64,000 bases of DNA from Antedon mediterranea (GCF_964355755.1 NC_092676.1:2423788-2487787), one strand, 5' to 3'. Counted from the first letter of the stretch, positions 1 through 11,800 are shown. A program made the numbers and translations. Notes: a model not told the origin generated them from the letters alone.

Positions 1-602
1 AGTACATGATTGAGTAAACAAATTGTTACTATCTGTCTTGTTTTTTGCCCAAAGAGGGCGCTCTTCATTGAAATTCATACAAATGCTTGAGTAAACAAAT
101 TGTTACAATCTGTCTTGTTTTTTGCCCAAAGAGGGCGCTCTTCATTGAAATTCATACAAATGCTCAAATCAGTTACCCGTTATCAGTTTTCAGATAGCAA
201 ATTTGCATCTATTAAAAAAAAGCTTAATATTTTCCTATTTAATTAATATTTATACACACTACACAATATTTTCCCTTATTAAGGAATCCTCATATATCTC
301 ATTTTCACACTCCTTGTAATCTGGTTTGTTCACTTTGGAGTAAACTTCCTCTTTAGAATCAGCCCCTCCAGAAAAATGAAATATATGAGGTCCCCCTCGT
401 GTATCTCATTTTGTAATGCAACGATTTATTGCCTGTTAGAAGTTGTTTAAAAATGTAAATTCAATTTTACTAAAATACAAATTTTAATATAAACTAGATA
501 GCTAAGAACTTTATAATTTCTTGTTTATTGTTTCAAAGTTAAAATAATAACTGTACTCACAACTTCAATTGTAATATTATATAACATTTTTAATTGTTTA
601 TT
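1..602. repeat. Duplicated 3'-flank block (paralogous to ~6355-7205), with an internal ~78-bp tandem duplication at its start
   Basis: 'tacatgattgag...ttgcccaaagaggg.gctcttca.tgaaattcatacaaatgct' and 'aaattcaatttta...aaactagatagctaag...ctgtactcacaa.ttcaattgtaatattatataacattt' occur at both 1-602 and 6355-7205. Confidence 0.85.
290..415 (-). pseudogene. Orphan remnant of the receptor tail repeat (YSKVNKPDYKECENEIYE)
   Basis: 'catatatctcattttcacactccttgtaatctggtttgttcactttggagtaaa' is essentially identical to the tail repeat of G3 (~10000-10055). There is no ectodomain or TM next to it. Confidence 0.8.
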
Positions 603-1565
603 ACAAGATCTTTCTTGTCAGTAACATCACAGATATTGATATAACAATATCCTGTAGTACTTAACTTATTCCTGTTATTCTTATACCACCACATTCACAC
701 CTAGTTTGACATAATAACTGAGACAACAACTAAAAGAGATTCGCAAGGCATGTCGGCTCTTTTGATCTTCGATTTACCTCTTAGTGAATACATTGTTATG
801 CAAATTATGTTTTTGCTCGAAAATAGCCCAAGTGGGCGCCATGATATCAACAGTTTGCCATGTAGTGTGTCATTTTGTAATGGTTAACTAAAAACACCAG
901 TTGAGAGCTTCGCAATTTCAATAAAAGACACTTTGGTGTAATATTAATGAAATTTATTATGATAGAATAACTATTTTTCTGTGTTTCGAAAGTAATTTTT
1001 AATATATGTGATTAAATAATGATTATTTTACTGATTTTATAGTTTTCGCTGAATGCACACTCCTTAAATCGTATCATATTTAGAAAAAAATCTCTATCGT
1101 ATTTATGATATTGTATCACTTTATTAATAGCTAAATATGTAAATTTTGTATTTTATTTTTCATTTGAAAAAGAAATACTCTATGTATTTACTCAATATTT
1201 TTTGTGCAAGTAAAGTAGGCAAACATGTCAGCCTTTTTAGCTACAATCTACGCATTTGGTGGTCAATTTAAAGTCAACCTTGATTTTACGAATCCCATGT
1301 TTTACGTACTTCTTTCAGTCCCGTACCATACGTAAAATAAAGGTTGTACTGTAGTTTTAAGGTGTTTTAAAGAAGACTTGTATCAATGAATGTTTAACAT
1401 ATTGTAAGATGCAGTATTCAAATGTTTATTCTAGCTTTTACTACAACATTTACATGGTTGCCATTTTTAATTTGCGTCAATTTTTGCTTTCTGGCAAAAG
1501 CATTGTTGAAACTAAAACTCTACAGTACTAGGAACTTTAATGTCATCTTGTTATCTTCATAAATG

Positions 1566-3555
1566 TTATGTAGTTGTATGTTTTTGTTTCCTGACACGAG
1601 GATTATTCACATAAACTGTACTAGGTGTGGATGTGTTTTTAACATCAACATGTTTTGTGCCATCCTCTTTGTCATCAATAATTTCTATATAAGGTTCATC
1701 ACAAACAGTTCCCGTAGGCTGTTGTTTCCTGACACAAGGATTATTTACATAAACTGCACTAGGTGCAGATGTGTTTCTTGCACTCAGATCAGGAATAACA
1801 CCACATTTTGTGTCGTCTACATTTTCATCAAAGATTTTAAGATATTGTTTATCATGTGCAGATCCTGTGGGTTGGTCTGTATTATTAGACGTGCTTGCTA
1901 AACTTTTGTCATCTTGTTTTCCATTAATAATTTTAATGTAAGGCTCTTCATATACAGTCTCTTGTTGCCATGCCAACCTACCATCAATAGTACTCATATA
2001 TGTTGATGTATCTGGATTGACCCCTAGGTCAATTGGTGGAACAGTTTCATAAGCTGGTAGCTTTTCAGTTCCTGAATGATTTTGTCTGATAAGTTCTTCT
2101 GGTGAGTTGTTTTGATCTTGTCCTCTACCACTCCCCTCGACTATGACTGTGTCATCATATTCAGTATTGATGTTTTGTTTCTTTTTATATTTATAGTAGC
2201 AAAGCACAGTTGCAACAATGATGATTAAAGTTAAAACAACGCATAATAGGATCTTATAAATTCTGGCAATGTCATTTCTGATTATTTCTTCATCATTATT
2301 GTTTAACAATGGAATTATAATTGACTTGGAATCTTCTCCCAATATATTTTCTGCTTCACATGTTATTTCAGAACCAATCTTTGGCAATTCAGTAAATTTC
2401 AAAATCCCATTTGAAATAATAAAGTGATCTTCTGGAACACTAGATTTCACAATCCAGACTGTTTCATTAACTGATGGTCTAGCCTCTGCAGTACAGATGT
2501 ATTCCAATGGTGATATTTGTGTGATGTTAATCTCTGGTTTGTAGTTGACAGTGATTGGGCCAACAGAGTAACTTCTGGTCTGATTTGTCCCAATGTATTT
2601 AGATTCACAAATATAAGTAGCATTATTTTCTTCTTTTGTTACATTTGAAATGTGGTAAAGAGTTGATGATATTGATTTTGAGGTCAATGGGTGTCGCTTT
2701 CCTGATTTTAATTTGTTAATGATTTTGTTTATTTTATTATATTTATATTTTTGCTTCATGTACACGACAACTAACGATCAAATAACAGTTTTTCACATCG
2801 CAACTTATACAACGTAATTTTGAAAACTACAACCATTTTTCTATATACATACAACGTACATTTCTAGTCTAACAAAAACATTTTTCTAAACTTTCTATTA
2901 TTTAAAAGTCGAAGATAGCCAGGTCTCGGGTCCATTCTATTGTCGCCACAGATTGATATCTTCATCAGTACTTCTATGAATGGATGATTAGGTGGGAACA
3001 CGAACGCTAGTTGATCATACCCAGTACCGTTTGATCGTACGATTAATCGGGAAACTACCTTACGACAAAACAACTGAAATTGAGTGTTTGTCCAGATGTA
3101 TACACAATTTTATTAATCATACAAGTTGGCTCCTTAAATGTAAATTTTTTAATCATTACATTTGAAAAAGATTCAAATAACATTTTAGGTGGTCTAGTTA
3201 TAGAACACTCTAATTGTTTTGTAATAGTGTCATCATCTCCAAATTCAATACAGTTACTTTCTGGTATAACAATATGTAGAGTAAAGTAATTATCCACACC
3301 ATAGATTGAGAATTTAAAATTGTCAATAATTTTGAAGTTAATTCGTCTATTCTGTGTAATTATTTCTTTTTTGTTGTTGTTTTTTTCCCTTATGAAAAAC
3401 CAAATGACTTGTTGGTCCATAGAATAGTTTGCTATGACACATGGCAGTGTAACATTTTGTCCAGGGTATGCTGTTACTTCTTCTGGTGGTTTAATCTCAA
3501 ACTGTGCTGTAACAAATGATATCAGAAACAAAACAAGTAAACTCACAATAGACAT
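1566..3555 (-). pseudogene. G1: 3-Ig Tyr-tail receptor paralogue disrupted by a ~330-bp insertion at the start of Ig domain 2
   Basis: ORF 3055..3555 encodes the signal peptide and V-like domain. ORF 1566..2765 encodes the rest of D2, D3, TM and tail (YETV, YEEP, YVNNP x2). Both halves align with intact G2/G10 on either side of 2731-3063. Minus-strand AATAAA at 1425-1430. Confidence 0.85.
2731..3063 (-). mobile_element. Insertion of unknown origin inside G1 (possible retroposed 3' end with AATAAA/A-rich terminus)
   Basis: Absent from paralogues at the equivalent position. On the minus strand it carries a short ORF end (…DQLAFVFPPNHPFIEVLMKISICGDNRMDPRPGYLRLL…*), then an AT-rich UTR-like stretch ending in aataaaataaac. 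Boundaries are approximate. Confidence 0.55.
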
Positions 3556-3574
3556 TTTATAGTACTAAAATAGT

Positions 3575-4131
3575 TTCCAGTTATAACAAGTTCTGAATTG
3601 TTGTAACAACTTTATATTCTTGTACTGTCCAGCTAAGTAGTTTCTTTCCAGTTATAACAATTTTCAAATTGTTGTAACAACTTTATATTCTTGTACTGTC
3701 CAGCTAAGTAGTTTCTTTCCAGTTATAACAATTTTCAAATTGTTGTAACAACTTTATATTCTTGTACTGTCCAGCTAAGTAGTTTCTTTCCAGTTATAAC
3801 AATTTTCAAATTGTTGTAACAACTTTATATTCTTGTACTGTCCAGCTAAGTAGTTTCTTTCCAGTTATAACAATTTTCAAATTATTGTAACAACTTTATA
3901 TTCTTGTACTGTCCAGCTAAGTACTTTCTTTCCAGTTATGACAAGTTTCAAATTGTTGTATCAACTTAATATTCTTGTGCTATCCAGCTAAGTAGTTTCT
4001 TTCCAGTTATGACAAGTTTCAAATTGTTGTATCAACTTAATATTCTTGTGCTATCCAGCTAAGTAGATTCTTTCCAGTTGTAACAAATTCTGAATTGTTG
4101 TATCAACTTTATATTCTGTCCAGCTAAGTAT
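3575..4131. repeat. 71-bp tandem repeat, ~8 copies, starting ~20 bp upstream of the G1 ATG
   Basis: Unit ttccagttataacaattttcaaattgttgtaacaactttatattcttgtactgtccagctaagtagtttct; period 71 (ccag ends at 3580, 3651, 3722). Confidence 0.95.
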
Positions 4132-4435
4132 TTTTTATTAGCTTTTCTTCCACAACTTTTTATAAAACAAATATGATCCGAATGCTTGATTTATGTTCAC
4201 TTGAAGACAACTAGATTTAGTAACATATCGTCTGTCTTTAATACTTGTTATAATAACCCATGTAGGTTGTTGATCCTCAGCACAACTTGTTATGTTTCCT
4301 TTTATTCTGTTTTTACAAGATCTTTCTTGTCAGTAACATCATAGATATTGATATAACAATATCCTGTATTACTTACCTAATTCCTGTTATTCTTATACCA
4401 CATTCACACCTAGTTTTACTATTAATAAGAACCAG

Positions 4436-4450
4436 TGATGCATTGTGGGA
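4436..4450 (-). promoter_or_regulatory. ZNF143/Staf-like site TCCCACAATGCATCA upstream of G1
   Basis: Resembles the known Staf-binding consensus (TCCCA(C/T)AATGCA). Repeated at 6001-6015, 15006-15020 and 26508-26522. Confidence 0.55.
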
Positions 4451-5459
4451 TTTTTTCATGACATCCTATATTAAAATAAAGATATTTAGTTTTCTAAATT
4501 TATCTCTATTTTAATTTGTGATATTAAATTGGATGACTATATCAAATTGTTGTAAATTAATTATCAACTTGATTTTGTTCTAATTTTATCTCTCTCTTCT
4601 ATCCGATAGTGAAATTGATATTTTATCTATATATATAAATTATGGTTAATTCTGACATAGGCAAGCACAATGCAAAAACTTCGGTACAAATCTCCGCCTT
4701 ATCTATCTGAGATGTACCGCGAAACGTAGATTTGATGACATTAGTGTTCACATCGACGCTATTGTTCCATATTTCTATCTTAGAAAGATATTATAAAGAG
4801 TTTTTTAACAAAATTTATGATTTCAACATTAGATTTTCATCGTGATTTCAATTCTTCCTGGTCAAAGTAATTTCCGGGTTTAAGATAAGTTCACTTTGCA
4901 ACAACCTGGTTTGAGATATTTTCTCTCTTTTATACACAAGGGAGCAGTTAAAATAATAGATTTGACCCTAAAGGTGACTGGAAACAGGCACTTTCCATCA
5001 ATTTATACAGTGTCCCTTTGGAAGACGAAAAAAAAAATCAGATAGTAGGACTGGAGCTTAGTTGGCCATTAGTCATAGCCATTTCAGTTTTTTTTTTATT
5101 TTAAAACATACCGCGCATGTGTGAAGGTACAGTACTTAAATAATAAGAATTATACTGCAAATTAATAAAGATCAAATTAAATATACGCCATAAAGAATCA
5201 GAATATATTGTGGAGAATAGTATTATAAAATTACATAGGGAGATTTGATGATAAGACATTTTTCGAGTGAAATCCCGATAGCTGAGTTTTATTGAGTAAG
5301 CTTGCAGGAATAACTGTAGGCTATCTTCCTGTGTCCCGTTAGGACCGAGATGTCTGCCCATGTTGCAAGCCGTAATGTCTTCTTTCTTGGGCCCACTCTG
5401 TCACGGCAGTTAGTTTCAAAAGATGATTAAATTAAATAAAGTATTAATAATTATTAGGA

Positions 5460-5790
5460 TGGTATTCATTTGAATAAACGCCTCTCCAATAAAACATCAC
5501 TTTGAATAATAACCCCTCCCCCCCCAACCCAACTATCTAATAAACGTCCATCCACATATTTATAATAGCACAATTATACTATTTGTAGTAAAATTCACCG
5601 CACTGTTATCTACAATTTACCAAGCATTTGTTATTCTTTTTTACCACTTTTCATATCTATTAGAGGATTTCATTTGATTATAAATGTTACCATATTATTA
5701 AAACTAAAAAAATTAACATATATCCCTCGAATAAGCACCTCCCTCAAATGAATTCCGCCTCCCCAAAGGGCCCTACAAAACAATAAACAC
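5460..5790. mobile_element. Decayed DNA-transposon/MITE fragment (related to 32634-32938)
   Basis: Shares 'gtatt.att.gaataaacg.c…ttgaataa…ctatttgta.ta.aattca…atctacaatttaccaagc' with 32634-32938. Confidence 0.45.
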
Positions 5791-6829
5791 TATACTTTAA
5801 AATGTTATTAATCATCTAAAACACTGTGAAACAGAGTAGTTTAGTTTTACGAATGTCAAGCATTTTCAATAATGTTAACCCGACAGAAAACGTACAAGGA
5901 GAACATTTTTATCATTCCGAGAACCATCGTCTACACTTCCTAGAGGGGGAGCGAGCGAAGCGGGCTCACCCTCTAGTACTAAGAATTATCATTACACCAG
6001 TGATGCATTGTGGAATTTTTCAAGGCTTCCTAAAGCGAGTTATTTTTAAAAGTTTAATTAAAAATGAATAAAAAGTATTGCACACAGAGGACGAATAATA
6101 TAATAAGAAAATAATATCCACAATTACCAAATTTAATTTGTTATTAAAACTATTAGAATTATCACTATAATACTGTATTGTTGCAAATGTTTTAGTTTTG
6201 CTTTTATACACATATCACAGGTCTTTCAATATTTATTCAATTAATTTGTATGGTGTAGAGATGTAAGATTTGATTGTAGAGTGCATTTGATAATATTCCT
6301 GGAATGCAGTAACTGTGTGGTTGTTAAATATTTCTTTTTATTTTATATTTATACATACATGATTGAGCGAAAAAATTGTTACTATCTGTCTTGTTGTTTG
6401 CCCAAAGAGGGTGCTCTTCACTGAAATTCATACAAATGCTTAAATCAGTTACCCACCAAAACCTCAAACTCTTGAGGGAGCCATCTCAGTGTTAAACTGT
6501 TAAGTTTGTGAAACTGGTTTTGTTACTTTATTTAATTCATTTAAAAGACAAACAATGAGTAATTGGATTGGATTGAAATTTATTATGATGATTGAAACAA
6601 CATTCAAATAACATTCAAATAACATTCAAATATTACATTCAAATAACATTTATTGGAAAACAAACTACATTTTTACATCTTATACAGTATAGTATATTAT
6701 TTATTTATTTCTAATGTCGATATGATAGCACATTTGAGTCTATTAAAAAAAAGCTTAATATTATTTTTTATTAAGTAATATTTATACACATAATACACAC
6801 ACATTTTTAGGCAAAAGAATTTTATTCAG

Positions 6830-7010
6830 GACTCCCATAAATATCTAATTTTTTTAAGAGTCAGCCCCTCCAGTGGGACCCTCATATTTATCATTTTCAC
6901 ACTCCTTGTAATCTGGTTTGTTCACTTCAGAGTAAACATCTACATTATCTTGTGCCCCTCCCTCTTTTGAGTCCGCCCCTCCAGTGGCACCCTCATATAT
7001 CTCATTTTTG
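6830..7010 (-). pseudogene. Orphan remnant of an ENEIY-type tail repeat (EIYEGATGGADSKEGGAQDNVDVYSEVNKPDYKECE…)
   Basis: Clear homology to the G3/G5 tail repeats. Lies 3' of the G2 poly(A) signal with no ectodomain. Confidence 0.8.
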
Positions 7011-7235
7011 TACTGCAAAGATGCATTGCTTGTTAATGTTAGAAGTTTTTAACAAAATATAAATTCAATTTTAATAAAAGACAAATTTTAATATAAACTA
7101 GATAGCTAAGCACTTATATTTTCTTGTTTATTTTTCCAAAGATAAAATGATAACTGTACTCACAAATTCAATTGTAATATTATATAACATTTGTAATCGT
7201 TTATTCTAAAGTTTGGACTACATAATACATAATTT

Positions 7236-8582
7236 CTAATTTTGTGTGAATTTTTGTTTTTTAACACAAGGATTATTAACATAAATTCTATTATTTGTTG
7301 TGTTGTCTACACTCTGATCGTGAATATTAACATATGTTTTGTAATCTTTATTATGAATTAATTCGTAAGGTTCATCATACACATATTCCTGTTGCCTCGT
7401 GAGTCGACCATCAATAGTCATTATAGTTTCGTAACCTGTTTTCTCCTCATTTTTAAATACCATTTCTAACTTTTTAGAATCTTTTCTGATATGTCTTTTA
7501 TTTCTAACTGTATCATCACAGTCAGTTTTATTAGCTTTATTTCTTTTATATTTACAGTAGCACAGCAAGATTGTTATAATGATAATGATAGTACCCACAA
7601 TGCTTAAGAGGATAAAGTAAAATTTGTCTTTCATGATTTTTTCTTCCTCATTTTTGTCGACCAATGAAATAATGATTGACTCCGATTCTTTTCCCAAAAC
7701 ATTTTCTGCTTTACATGTAATTTCTGAACCAACCTTTGACAGTTTTTTAAATTTCAAAATTCCATTTGAAATAGTAAATTGATCTTCTGGAACACTAGCC
7801 TTCACAAGCCAGACTGTTTTATTAACTGGTGGTCTAGCCTCTGCAGTACAGATGTATTCCAATGATGATATTTGTGTGATGGTAATCTCTGGTTTGTAGT
7901 TTACAGTGATTGGACCTTTTGAACAACTTCTTTTTTCATTTGTTCCAATTCTTTGTGATTCACAAATATAAATTGCATTATTATCCTCTTTTGTAACATT
8001 TGATTTATGTGTAAGAAACAAAAATGATAAACTTGATGACAAAATTTGTCCTTTTCCAGATTTTAAATTTGTAATTATGTTTGAATCGGAATCAGCAAAA
8101 CAGCCAAAAGTTAATGTTTGGCCAGATGTGTAAATAGTCCCATTAAATAGACAAACAGGAGAAATAAATGTATATTTCCGAATTGTTACCTTTGAATAGG
8201 AACTTTTTAATGTAAATGATGGACTAGTTACAGAACACTGAAATTGTTTTGTAATAATTTCATCATCTTCAAAATAAATCACGTTATTTTCTGGTATAAC
8301 AATATGTAGAGTAAAGTTATTGCCCTCACCAAGGAGAGAGAATTTCCAGTTGTCGATAATGGTTGTATTCAGCCCTCTATTCTGTGTAATGACTGTTTCA
8401 TATCCATCTATGTAAAGCCAACACACCGTTTGCAATGTTGCATAGTTTGCTATGACACACGGCAGTGTAACCTTTTGTCCAGGGTATGCTGTTACGTCTC
8501 TTGGTGGAAAAACATCAAACCGTGCCACAACAAATGCTATAACTACAAACCAAAAAATCAATAAGCTCGCACGACAAGACAT
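7236..8582 (-). CDS. G2: intronless 3-Ig type I receptor with ITSM (TGYETI), YDEP and canonical ITAM (YELI-x7-YVNI)
   Basis: ATG at 8582 (the 8630 start is TTG). Signal peptide, Cys/Trp Ig pattern, TM FYFILLSIVGTIIIIITILLCYC followed by KYKR. AATAAA at 7200-7205. Confidence 0.9.
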   Translation of the reverse strand: MSCRASLLIFWFVVIAFVVARFDVFPPRDVTAYPGQKVTLPCVIANYATLQTVCWLYIDGYETVITQNRGLNTTIIDNWKFSLLGEGNNFTLHIVIPENNVIYFEDDEIITKQFQCSVTSPSFTLKSSYSKVTIRKYTFISPVCLFNGTIYTSGQTLTFGCFADSDSNIITNLKSGKGQILSSSLSFLFLTHKSNVTKEDNNAIYICESQRIGTNEKRSCSKGPITVNYKPEITITQISSLEYICTAEARPPVNKTVWLVKASVPEDQFTISNGILKFKKLSKVGSEITCKAENVLGKESESIIISLVDKNEEEKIMKDKFYFILLSIVGTIIIIITILLCYCKYKRNKANKTDCDDTVRNKRHIRKDSKKLEMVFKNEEKTGYETIMTIDGRLTRQQEYVYDEPYELIHNKDYKTYVNIHDQSVDNTTNNRIYVNNPCVKKQKFTQN

Positions 8583-8939
8583 CTTATATTTTGAAGTACC
8601 AATTCTGCTCAGAGCTGTATGAGGAATCAATTCGATATTCAGTGTATTAATATATTACCAGATATGTTCTTCCAAATATGTAAACAATTCAAAATATCTG
8701 CTGTGAAACTTTATTTCCTTATTTTCAAACTCAGCACTAAACCTAAATTCTTCACCAATTTCTTTTTCTTCTCTTGTTGCAAATCCTTTCCTTTAAGCTA
8801 ATGTTGATCAACAGCTTTTTGTATGTATTAATTCATACACTTTGTCTGTCTATGCCAGCCTACAAAATATTAATTCTTCCGTGTTGTTAACACTTCCTCA
8901 ATGTTTGTGAAGAATGTATAATAATATCCTTATTTCTTT

Positions 8940-9475
8940 TCTAGTTTGTACAAAAAAGGTGTGCCCAATGGTAGTGATATGCCCAAATATGGTAGTGATA
9001 TGCCCAAATATGGTAGTGATATGACATCATCATGCCCACATATATAAAGCTTTCGTGTTAGTACATTGTTATATTGCGTGTATGTATTTGTTTTTCCATG
9101 TTTGTGAAGGTGGTATAATAATATCCTTATTACTTTTCTAGTTTGTACAAATAAAGTTTGCCCATTTATGGTAGTGATATGCCCAAATATGGTGGTAGTG
9201 ATATGATATCATCATGCCCACATATATAAAGCTTTCGTGAGTACATTGTTGAAGTGCCTGTATGTATTTGTTTTTCCATGAAGGTGGTATAATAATATCC
9301 TTATTACTTTTCTTAGTCCTGCATTACATAATTACGTTACAATAGTACTGGTGCATTTTACAGTGTCTTGTAGTTTAAATGATGATGTCATATAACTACT
9401 ATATTTGGCCATATCACTACCATATTTGGATACATCTTTTTTTGTCCAACTAGTTTGATCGTGAAGACAGAGCTT
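8940..9475. mobile_element. Fragments of the AGCTCTGTCTACAC-type MITE, locally duplicated, in the G2 upstream region
   Basis: Internal motif gcccaaatatggtagtgatatgacatcatcatg (twice) and right terminus …gacagagct-TTA at ~9465-9477. Same family as 42727-42869. Confidence 0.65.
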
Positions 9476-9773
9476 TACACCACCAGGTGGCTAAACATAT
9501 AATAGAAGATCAATCTTTAGCACCAATCAACAAATTTATTCAGAAATTTATTACAATTTGTATTGGAACAACTAAGTAAAAAATGAATGTCCTTTAGAAT
9601 ATAAGCCTTTTCATGAAATGTTTATAAAATGAACAAAAAAAAAAAAGAATTGTTTTGAAAATAGTCTTCTGTTTAATATTATACCTTATTATATTGGACG
9701 CTCATATATCTCTTTTTTCACTCCTTAAAATCTGGTTTATTCGCTTGAGACTAAAATGTCATTGTACCCCTTG

Positions 9774-11024
9774 CTATTTAAAATCAGCCCTTCCCTCTTT
9801 TGAGTCAGCCCCTCCAGTGGGACGCTCATATATCTCATTTTCACATTCCTTATAATCTGGTTTGTTCACTTTGGAGTAAAGATGTACTTTAGCTTGTACC
9901 CTTCCCTCTTTTGAGTCAGCCCTTTCCTCTTTTGAGTCAGCCCTTTCCTCTTTTGAGTCAGCCCTTTCCTCTTTTGAGTCAGCCCCTCCGGTGGGACCCT
10001 CATATATCTCATTTTCACACTCCTTGTAATCTGGTTTGTTCACTTTGGAGTAAAGATGTACTTTATCTTGTACCCTTCCCTCTTTTGAGTCAGCCATTTC
10101 CTCTTTTGAGTCAGCCCTTTCCTCTTTTGAGTCAGCCTTTTCCTCTTTTGAGTCAGCCTTTTCCTCTTTTGAGTCCGCCCCTCCGGTTGGACACTCATAT
10201 ATCTCATTTTCACATTTCTTATAATCTGGTTTGTTCACCTTGGTATATACATGTATTGTATTCTTGTCTTCTTCTACGTTTGAGTTAGTATTTAGCTCTG
10301 AATAGATGGCAGTTTCTATATATTGGTAATCGTCCAATTTCTTTTGTTTAGTTTTTCTTTCTTCAACCTCATTTTCATAGACTTTGTCACCTAATTCATA
10401 ATAATCAACTTGTGACAACTCTGTGACGTGATAAGCAACATTTCTTGTATCTTTATTTTTAGAGATAATCTTTAACATACATTTTCGTTTTATGCAAATT
10501 ATTATAATAGTTGTTATTGCAAGTACAGTACATGATGATAGTACAATCACAATTATCATTACTAAAGTTTTATTTTGACTGTTTAATGATTTTTGAATTA
10601 TCATCTTTGTTGAATTGGAAATAAATATTGTTTCTAAATCCCTTGATTCAGAAATAGAAAAAAAAAATTGTTTTGTAACAGTTTCGTCATCTCCAAAATC
10701 AATCTGGTTACTTTCTGGTATAACAATATGTAAAGTAAAGTTATTGTCCTCGCCAAGGAGAGATAATTGAAAGTTGTCAATAGTTGGGGTGTTGAGGTCT
10801 CTGTTATTGGTTAATATAGTTTTTTTAGATCCTTGCCTATTGTATACCCAAACAATCCTCTGGAACGTTGAATTTTTTGCTATCACACACGGCAGCGTAA
10901 CATTTTGTCCAGGGAATGTCTTCACTTCTGTCGGTGGTTTAACATCAAACTCAACAGCAGCTAATGAAGTGTTCATAAACAACAAAAACAGTATACTCAC
11001 ATTCACAATATAAGTCTCACGCAT
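9774..11024 (-). CDS. G3: single-Ig receptor (D2-D3 absent, F-strand Cys lost) with ITIM VDYYEL and nested tail repeats
   Basis: Signal peptide, V-like domain (TKQFFFS where paralogues have TKQFQCS), TM, then 3x [Y(S/T)KVNKPDYKxCENEIYE] interleaved with 21-bp ADSKEER repeats. Confidence 0.88.
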   Translation of the reverse strand: MRETYIVNVSILFLLFMNTSLAAVEFDVKPPTEVKTFPGQNVTLPCVIAKNSTFQRIVWVYNRQGSKKTILTNNRDLNTPTIDNFQLSLLGEDNNFTLHIVIPESNQIDFGDDETVTKQFFFSISESRDLETIFISNSTKMIIQKSLNSQNKTLVMIIVIVLSSCTVLAITTIIIICIKRKCMLKIISKNKDTRNVAYHVTELSQVDYYELGDKVYENEVEERKTKQKKLDDYQYIETAIYSELNTNSNVEEDKNTIHVYTKVNKPDYKKCENEIYECPTGGADSKEEKADSKEEKADSKEERADSKEEMADSKEGRVQDKVHLYSKVNKPDYKECENEIYEGPTGGADSKEERADSKEERADSKEERADSKEGRVQAKVHLYSKVNKPDYKECENEIYERPTGGADSKEGRADFK

Positions 11025-11571
11025 CTTCTACGTTTCTGTAAAAAACTATGTGACGAGAAAGTTTTAAATTGTTTTAGCGTACTGTCCAATTGATAATGAC
11101 AAGTTTTTTCAAATTGTTACAGTACCCAAATGTTTTCTAACACCAAATTAGAATAGGATCAATGATAAAAAAAAATTCTTCCACCACTTTTGATAAAATG
11201 TCTTCTCTTGAAGTATGTTCCAAATCCTTGTTAAAGATTTAAAGTCTAACATATTTTAGTCATGTGTTGTCCCTTTATACTGAATTTTTTTTTTTTCCCT
11301 ATTTTTGATTCAATAATGTTCCTGGAATGTGGTAATTTTATTTATGTTTCTTAATATCAGCAATATATTAATATCCTACCAATATCCTGTATTACTAATA
11401 TAGTCATCCTTTCCATAAAAGTTTACCACACATATTTATTATACAACTATTCACTATAGTCATAAGAGTGAGAACTGCTGCTATTATTGGTTTTTGTTTT
11501 AATTGACGCGGTTGAGTAGGTTTTTGTAAGATTAGTATGATTTTCATAGAAGGATGGAGAAGAAGAAGAAG

Positions 11572-11800
11572 AAAGTGGAGTTGCGGTTTGGTTGCTTGGC
11601 TACCAATCCTAGGGTCTTGGGTTCAAGTCCTGTCATATGTCACGATTTTTTCTAATAACAAAATTGAAACTCCACTCCGAAAGACTTGTAATAAGACTTT
11701 GTTTATGAAGAGCATCTTGTGTATATATTTGTCGTGTGAATGGGATTGCCACCTTTTAAGAAGGATAGTGAATGAATTCGGTTATCCTTGGCTATTTGCC
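11572..11800 (+). mobile_element. tRNA-derived SINE-like element (degenerate)
   Basis: A-box-like gtggagttgcggtttgg and B-box-like gggttcaagtcc followed by a non-tRNA body. Confidence 0.5.

Noticed and set aside
2731-3063. Insertion in G1 as a spliceable intron (begins GTAAGG on the minus strand)
   Set aside because: The candidate donors give phase 0 or 2, while the nearby AG acceptors need phase 1 to restore the frame; no good polypyrimidine tract; paralogues are intronless here.
4371-4380. Perfect minus-strand splice donor (TAG|GTAAGT) upstream of G1, suggesting a 5'UTR intron
   Set aside because: Not conserved at the homologous positions near 660, 11393 and 14430; insufficient support without transcripts.
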